Shown piece by piece: positions 60,450-64,000 of a stretch of 64,000 nt of DNA. Source of the stretch: a virus; the IMG/VR virus record IMGVR_UViG_3300042868_009489. One strand, 5' to 3'. A program made the position numbers and the translations under genes. The notes below the pieces were generated by a model. That model worked only from the letters and a program-made list of their open reading frames with translations, did no database searches and was not told the origin of the DNA. Positions within the stretch are counted from its first letter, which is position 1. Each line of letters starts with the position of its first letter.

Positions 60450-61188
60450 ATGGACATTTTTTACAATACCAGGTCAATCCTCTTCTTGGAATAAAATTTT
60501 CTGCTTGCTCTAATTCATCGGCCCAAAATCTTAAAGAATCAAGATCTTCTTTTGTTATTTCAAAATCAACAAAAGAAACTTTGGACGTTAATAGATCTAT
60601 GTAACCAAAAGATGCTCTAGAAATTCTATCGCCATGCTTTACTGCAAATGCATTGTACATAGTGGCAAAGTTTACTTGGTACATATGTTGATGACTGTTC
60701 TTGTAATTAAACATTATCTTAATAATATAATATTTATTATCTTTATAAAGTATAATATCAAATTTGTCTTTTATCTTAACCTTTGGAGTAACTGGCATAA
60801 TGCAGTCTTCGTTTATCGCAATAGGTATATATTCTTCATCTGAAAAATTTTCATAAAAAGATAATAGAGCAGAAGCGGCCTTAGTGGTAAGGCTGGCACT
60901 GTTTCCGTATGCGCTTTCATGCTGCTCTGTCATGATGTCATATGATGAAACATTGTCAGCAAACCAAAGCTTTTCCCATCTGTTCAAAAGTGATGCATAG
61001 GACGGCGTATACCCACCTTGTTTCTTGTAAAAGAAGTAATATATAATTTCCTTTAATGTATTTTCAAATCTAAGAGATAATAAATCTCTGCCACCTATTG
61101 ACTCTGGTAGTTTTTGATTATATCTATATTCATATAACAATGAACAAGTTTGAAAGTCCTTTAGGGATTCTGGCGTGATTAATTTCAT
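60397..61188 (-). CDS. PD-(D/E)XK nuclease-like protein with C-terminal Cys cluster
   Basis: LKDFQTCSLLYEYRY...DKFDIILYKDNKYYIIKIM...WYCKKCPFDKPCSKW; catalytic core looks degenerate. Confidence 0.6.
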   Translation of the reverse strand: MKLITPESLKDFQTCSLLYEYRYNQKLPESIGGRDLLSLRFENTLKEIIYYFFYKKQGGYTPSYASLLNRWEKLWFADNVSSYDIMTEQHESAYGNSASLTTKAASALLSFYENFSDEEYIPIAINEDCIMPVTPKVKIKDKFDIILYKDNKYYIIKIMFNYKNSHQHMYQVNFATMYNAFAVKHGDRISRASFGYIDLLTSKVSFVDFEITKEDLDSLRFWADELEQAENFIPRRGLTWYCKKCPFDKPCSKWSNWSKNADK

Positions 61189-62639
61189 TAGTTAAAATCT
61201 CCATTGTTTAATAAGTCATCTAAAATTGATGAGGCATCATAGGATCCGGGTGTAACCATTTCGTACTCTACATAAGACTTTTTGGAATCTACATATCTAA
61301 CCAGTGGTGGCTCATAAGAAAATGTTGAACCAGTAATTCTATTTTTTGGTATCTGTAACTGCATTACATTTTCATCTTCCGAATCATCACCGCTAACTAA
61401 TTTTTTCTCTGTGATAAATATAGTTACCGCACACTTCTGCTGTATAGCTAAAGAACCACCAGTGTCTGACTGCATGACTATTTCTCTTTTTTCTTTCATT
61501 CTATTTGAGTTTTCTTGTGCGGTAATTATTAATACACAATTCATATCTCTAGCTATTTTTTCAAGACGAACCATCATTTCTTCAAATTCACCCCATCTAG
61601 CTTTGCCCTTAGATCTAGTAAACATTGATTGGATAGTGTCGATGACTATAACGTCCGGCATGTGTTCACCTTGAATCAAGATATCCCTTAACCAGCTTTC
61701 TAGATCCTCGAAATATGGAGTGTCTGGGTCATGCTTAACCATTAGACGATCACCCCATTCGGTTAACTTATCTGTAAAAGTTTTGATATGTTTATTTTTT
61801 TCTTCCTCAGACCATTTATCCACTTCTGAATAAACGTTCTTACCAGTTATCTGGGTCATCAATATACGTTCCCAGTGATTTCTAGCTTCTTCAAAGTTTA
61901 TATATAAAGCTTTATATCCAGAATCCAACCAGTGATTCACTAGGCATTTAGCAAACGTACTCTTGCCTTTTCCTGAGGCTGCTATGATCGCATGTACTGC
62001 CCCCTTAAAGAAGCCTCCCTCATTGGTGTACCCCATTGCCCTATTTAAAGACTTAAACTGAGTTGGCAAGAAGTCCGGAGTATCTAATAGTGAATCAATC
62101 TTTTCTATTATCTGGTTAGCCGTCACAACTCCATCAAGTGGGTCATAGCTAGCGCTGTTCTCTAAGTCGTTAATGAGATTAGAAATCTCAGACATTCTAG
62201 AAAGATCTTCTTCAGTTTTTATACCCTTTTGGCTTATGATTATTTCTAACTCTTTTAAATAATTTTTCTGTTTAATTTTATTATCTTTATGTTTAAGAAC
62301 CTGAACAACAGCTTCAGGGCTAGCTAGCTGCATATCGGAGAGAACACCCATGAGAGCATTAACTCCCTCATCTCCATTAAGCGCTTCAAAGACATGGCTT
62401 TCTAGTTGCATCCAATTCTTAAAGACTATTGGATCAACTATGTCTAGATCTGTACTGGAAACATATGATAAAAGAGCATTGTAAAATTCATGAACGCCAT
62501 GTTGATTATCGTTAATACCAACAATCTGTGGATCTAGATTATCTTTAAAGTAAGATATTGCTCCCTTTTCCCTAAATGAAAGAGCAAATATCTGATACTC
62601 AATTGGCTGAGTTACAGGAGAAGATTCAATATCACTCAT
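61188..62639 (-). CDS. dnaB: DnaB-like replicative helicase
   Basis: HAIIAASGKGKSTFAKCLVNHWLDSGYKALYINFEE...DVIVIDTIQSMFT...CVLIITAQ. Confidence 0.85.
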   Translation of the reverse strand: MSDIESSPVTQPIEYQIFALSFREKGAISYFKDNLDPQIVGINDNQHGVHEFYNALLSYVSSTDLDIVDPIVFKNWMQLESHVFEALNGDEGVNALMGVLSDMQLASPEAVVQVLKHKDNKIKQKNYLKELEIIISQKGIKTEEDLSRMSEISNLINDLENSASYDPLDGVVTANQIIEKIDSLLDTPDFLPTQFKSLNRAMGYTNEGGFFKGAVHAIIAASGKGKSTFAKCLVNHWLDSGYKALYINFEEARNHWERILMTQITGKNVYSEVDKWSEEEKNKHIKTFTDKLTEWGDRLMVKHDPDTPYFEDLESWLRDILIQGEHMPDVIVIDTIQSMFTRSKGKARWGEFEEMMVRLEKIARDMNCVLIITAQENSNRMKEKREIVMQSDTGGSLAIQQKCAVTIFITEKKLVSGDDSEDENVMQLQIPKNRITGSTFSYEPPLVRYVDSKKSYVEYEMVTPGSYDASSILDDLLNNGDFN

Positions 62640-63312
62640 GATTATCTCTTCTCTTTTTCATTTTTTTATATGTCTCTTTCTTTCTTTCGTTGTATTGCTT
62701 TTTTCTATCCTGATAAAATTTATTTTGAGTGATGCTTTTCTTATTTGTCTTTACATTCTCTGGAACATGAGGACTCAGTCTTATTGCTTGCAATAGTCTA
62801 TCATAAACAGCTTGTTCACTTAGCTCATCGTTGTATCTAAATACGACTAATGTTATTCCCTCTTGCTTGCAAAGTTCTAACTTTCTTTCATCTCTTTTTT
62901 GAGCCTGAATAAAATCATATTTTGATTCAAAAAATCTTTCAGTGTAATAGAAGTGTTGCCTGCCGTGAAATTCTGCACCTATCTTATATTCCTGACAGTA
63001 TACATCTATTCTTAAACGCTCACCTACGTGATGTTCGTTTATGATCTTTTGTCCAGGAAAAAGCTTTTGCATTGCTTGAGTAAGCGCAGCTTGACCTCTT
63101 GATGTTTTTTTCTTTTGCTCTTTAATCCAAGAAAGACCAAGTGAATTAATTTTTTTATTTAACTGAGTAAATGAATAACCAAGTTCTTTAGCTATAGCTG
63201 AAATGGTTAGATCTGATTCAAGTAAAAGATCTATTAGAAATAGATCATCCTCTTTGTCTTCAATCTGTCTTTTCATTTTGGGAGATCCTATTGCTAAATC
63301 TTGCTCGAGCAA
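62632..63312 (-). CDS. VSR/DUF559-like endonuclease with HTH
   Basis: HHVGERLRIDVYCQEYKIGAEFHGRQHF...KLELCKQEGITLVVFRYND. Confidence 0.6.
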   Translation of the reverse strand: MLEQDLAIGSPKMKRQIEDKEDDLFLIDLLLESDLTISAIAKELGYSFTQLNKKINSLGLSWIKEQKKKTSRGQAALTQAMQKLFPGQKIINEHHVGERLRIDVYCQEYKIGAEFHGRQHFYYTERFFESKYDFIQAQKRDERKLELCKQEGITLVVFRYNDELSEQAVYDRLLQAIRLSPHVPENVKTNKKSITQNKFYQDRKKQYNERKKETYKKMKKRRDNHE

Positions 63313-63934
63313 AGCTGATTACCTTCCCAAAATCTATTATAGAAAAATTTAACTCATCCCATATCTTACTTGCTAAAGCAGCAGAAAGTAGCGGACAATC
63401 TAAAATGACTGTATCAACTTTACCTGTATAGGTTTTCAAAGTTTCGATTATAGAATCTAACTTATCGTAATAGTCATTATATGGAACATAAATTGTGTCC
63501 ACGGGTGATCCCAAAACCCTTGTAATTACTTTTCTATCGTGAAAGGTAACTACAACATATGGAGTATTTCTTATATAGAAATCTACAAAAGACGTAAAAG
63601 CTACTTCATTATTGTTGAAGTAATTTTCAAGTGTTGTTGAGTTGTAGTATGTCTGATTAGAATCCACTTTTGAATAATCTAATTCATTATCTGAATCATT
63701 AGAGTTCACAAAAGCTAATGGTATCCCTTTCATAAAATTCTTATCATTAATGCTAAATGATTTACTTATTGAATCACCAAAGTCCTTAGAAGACTTCTTC
63801 ATATCCGGACTACCCATAGCGATGAGTGCTGATCGAGGAAAGTTAACATAAGCAAAACGTTCCTTAGATAACATCTTTAGAGTTAGCGACTGAATTGTTT
63901 GTGCGTGTGTTGCAATTCTAATATCTTTTTTCAT
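63260..63934 (-). CDS. hypothetical protein
   Basis: 224 aa ORF overlapping the next start. Confidence 0.55.
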   Translation of the reverse strand: MKKDIRIATHAQTIQSLTLKMLSKERFAYVNFPRSALIAMGSPDMKKSSKDFGDSISKSFSINDKNFMKGIPLAFVNSNDSDNELDYSKVDSNQTYYNSTTLENYFNNNEVAFTSFVDFYIRNTPYVVVTFHDRKVITRVLGSPVDTIYVPYNDYYDKLDSIIETLKTYTGKVDTVILDCPLLSAALASKIWDELNFSIIDFGKVISFARARFSNRISQNEKTD

Positions 63935-64000
63935 TTTTTCTACCTTAAGAAGTTTCCCCAGTCAATTAAGACTGGATTTGGGTCTATTATTGAGTTGATA

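Overview
The window reads as part of a large, AT-rich tailed-phage genome, probably infecting an actinobacterium (inferred from lysis and holin family style, not proven). Genes run mostly + from 1 to 30.9 kb and mostly - from 34.7 to 63.9 kb. Recognisable content: SSB, UDG-like protein, DnaE-type DNA polymerase, DnaB-type helicase, AEP-like primase, PD-(D/E)XK nucleases, RNase H, dNMP kinase-like protein, a sigma-like factor, a holin and an M15 endolysin, two tRNAs, a proteasome-like Ntn hydrolase, sugar and glycan genes, and nine 2OG-Fe(II)/TauD-like oxygenases. MAIN FINDING: the window appears to encode a natural quadruplet-decoding system. A tRNA-Gly at 9763..9836 has anticodon-loop sequence UU-UCCG-A, with G37 instead of the usual A37. 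UCCG is fully complementary to the four-base codon CGGA. In at least seven genes an otherwise broken reading frame is restored exactly when an in-frame CGGA is read as one four-nucleotide Gly codon: an HExxH metalloprotease-like protein, a 2OG oxygenase, a holin, a NeuD-like acetyltransferase, the endolysin (twice), a TnsA/VSR-like nuclease and a RecB/Cas4-like nuclease. A sigma-like factor is restored by one CGGA plus probably one CGGT. Two further CGGA sites (end of dnaE and end of the metalloprotease-like gene) give a better-placed stop when read as quadruplets. Several restored glycines fall in conserved motifs (holin TQPIGAQ, NeuD IIIGAGG, M15 SSQHNxGIAVD, 2OG YPGExxxPHAD). One in-frame CGGA, in the AAA+ gene at 494, must be read as a triplet and is a clear exception. 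All counts and alignments were made by eye.
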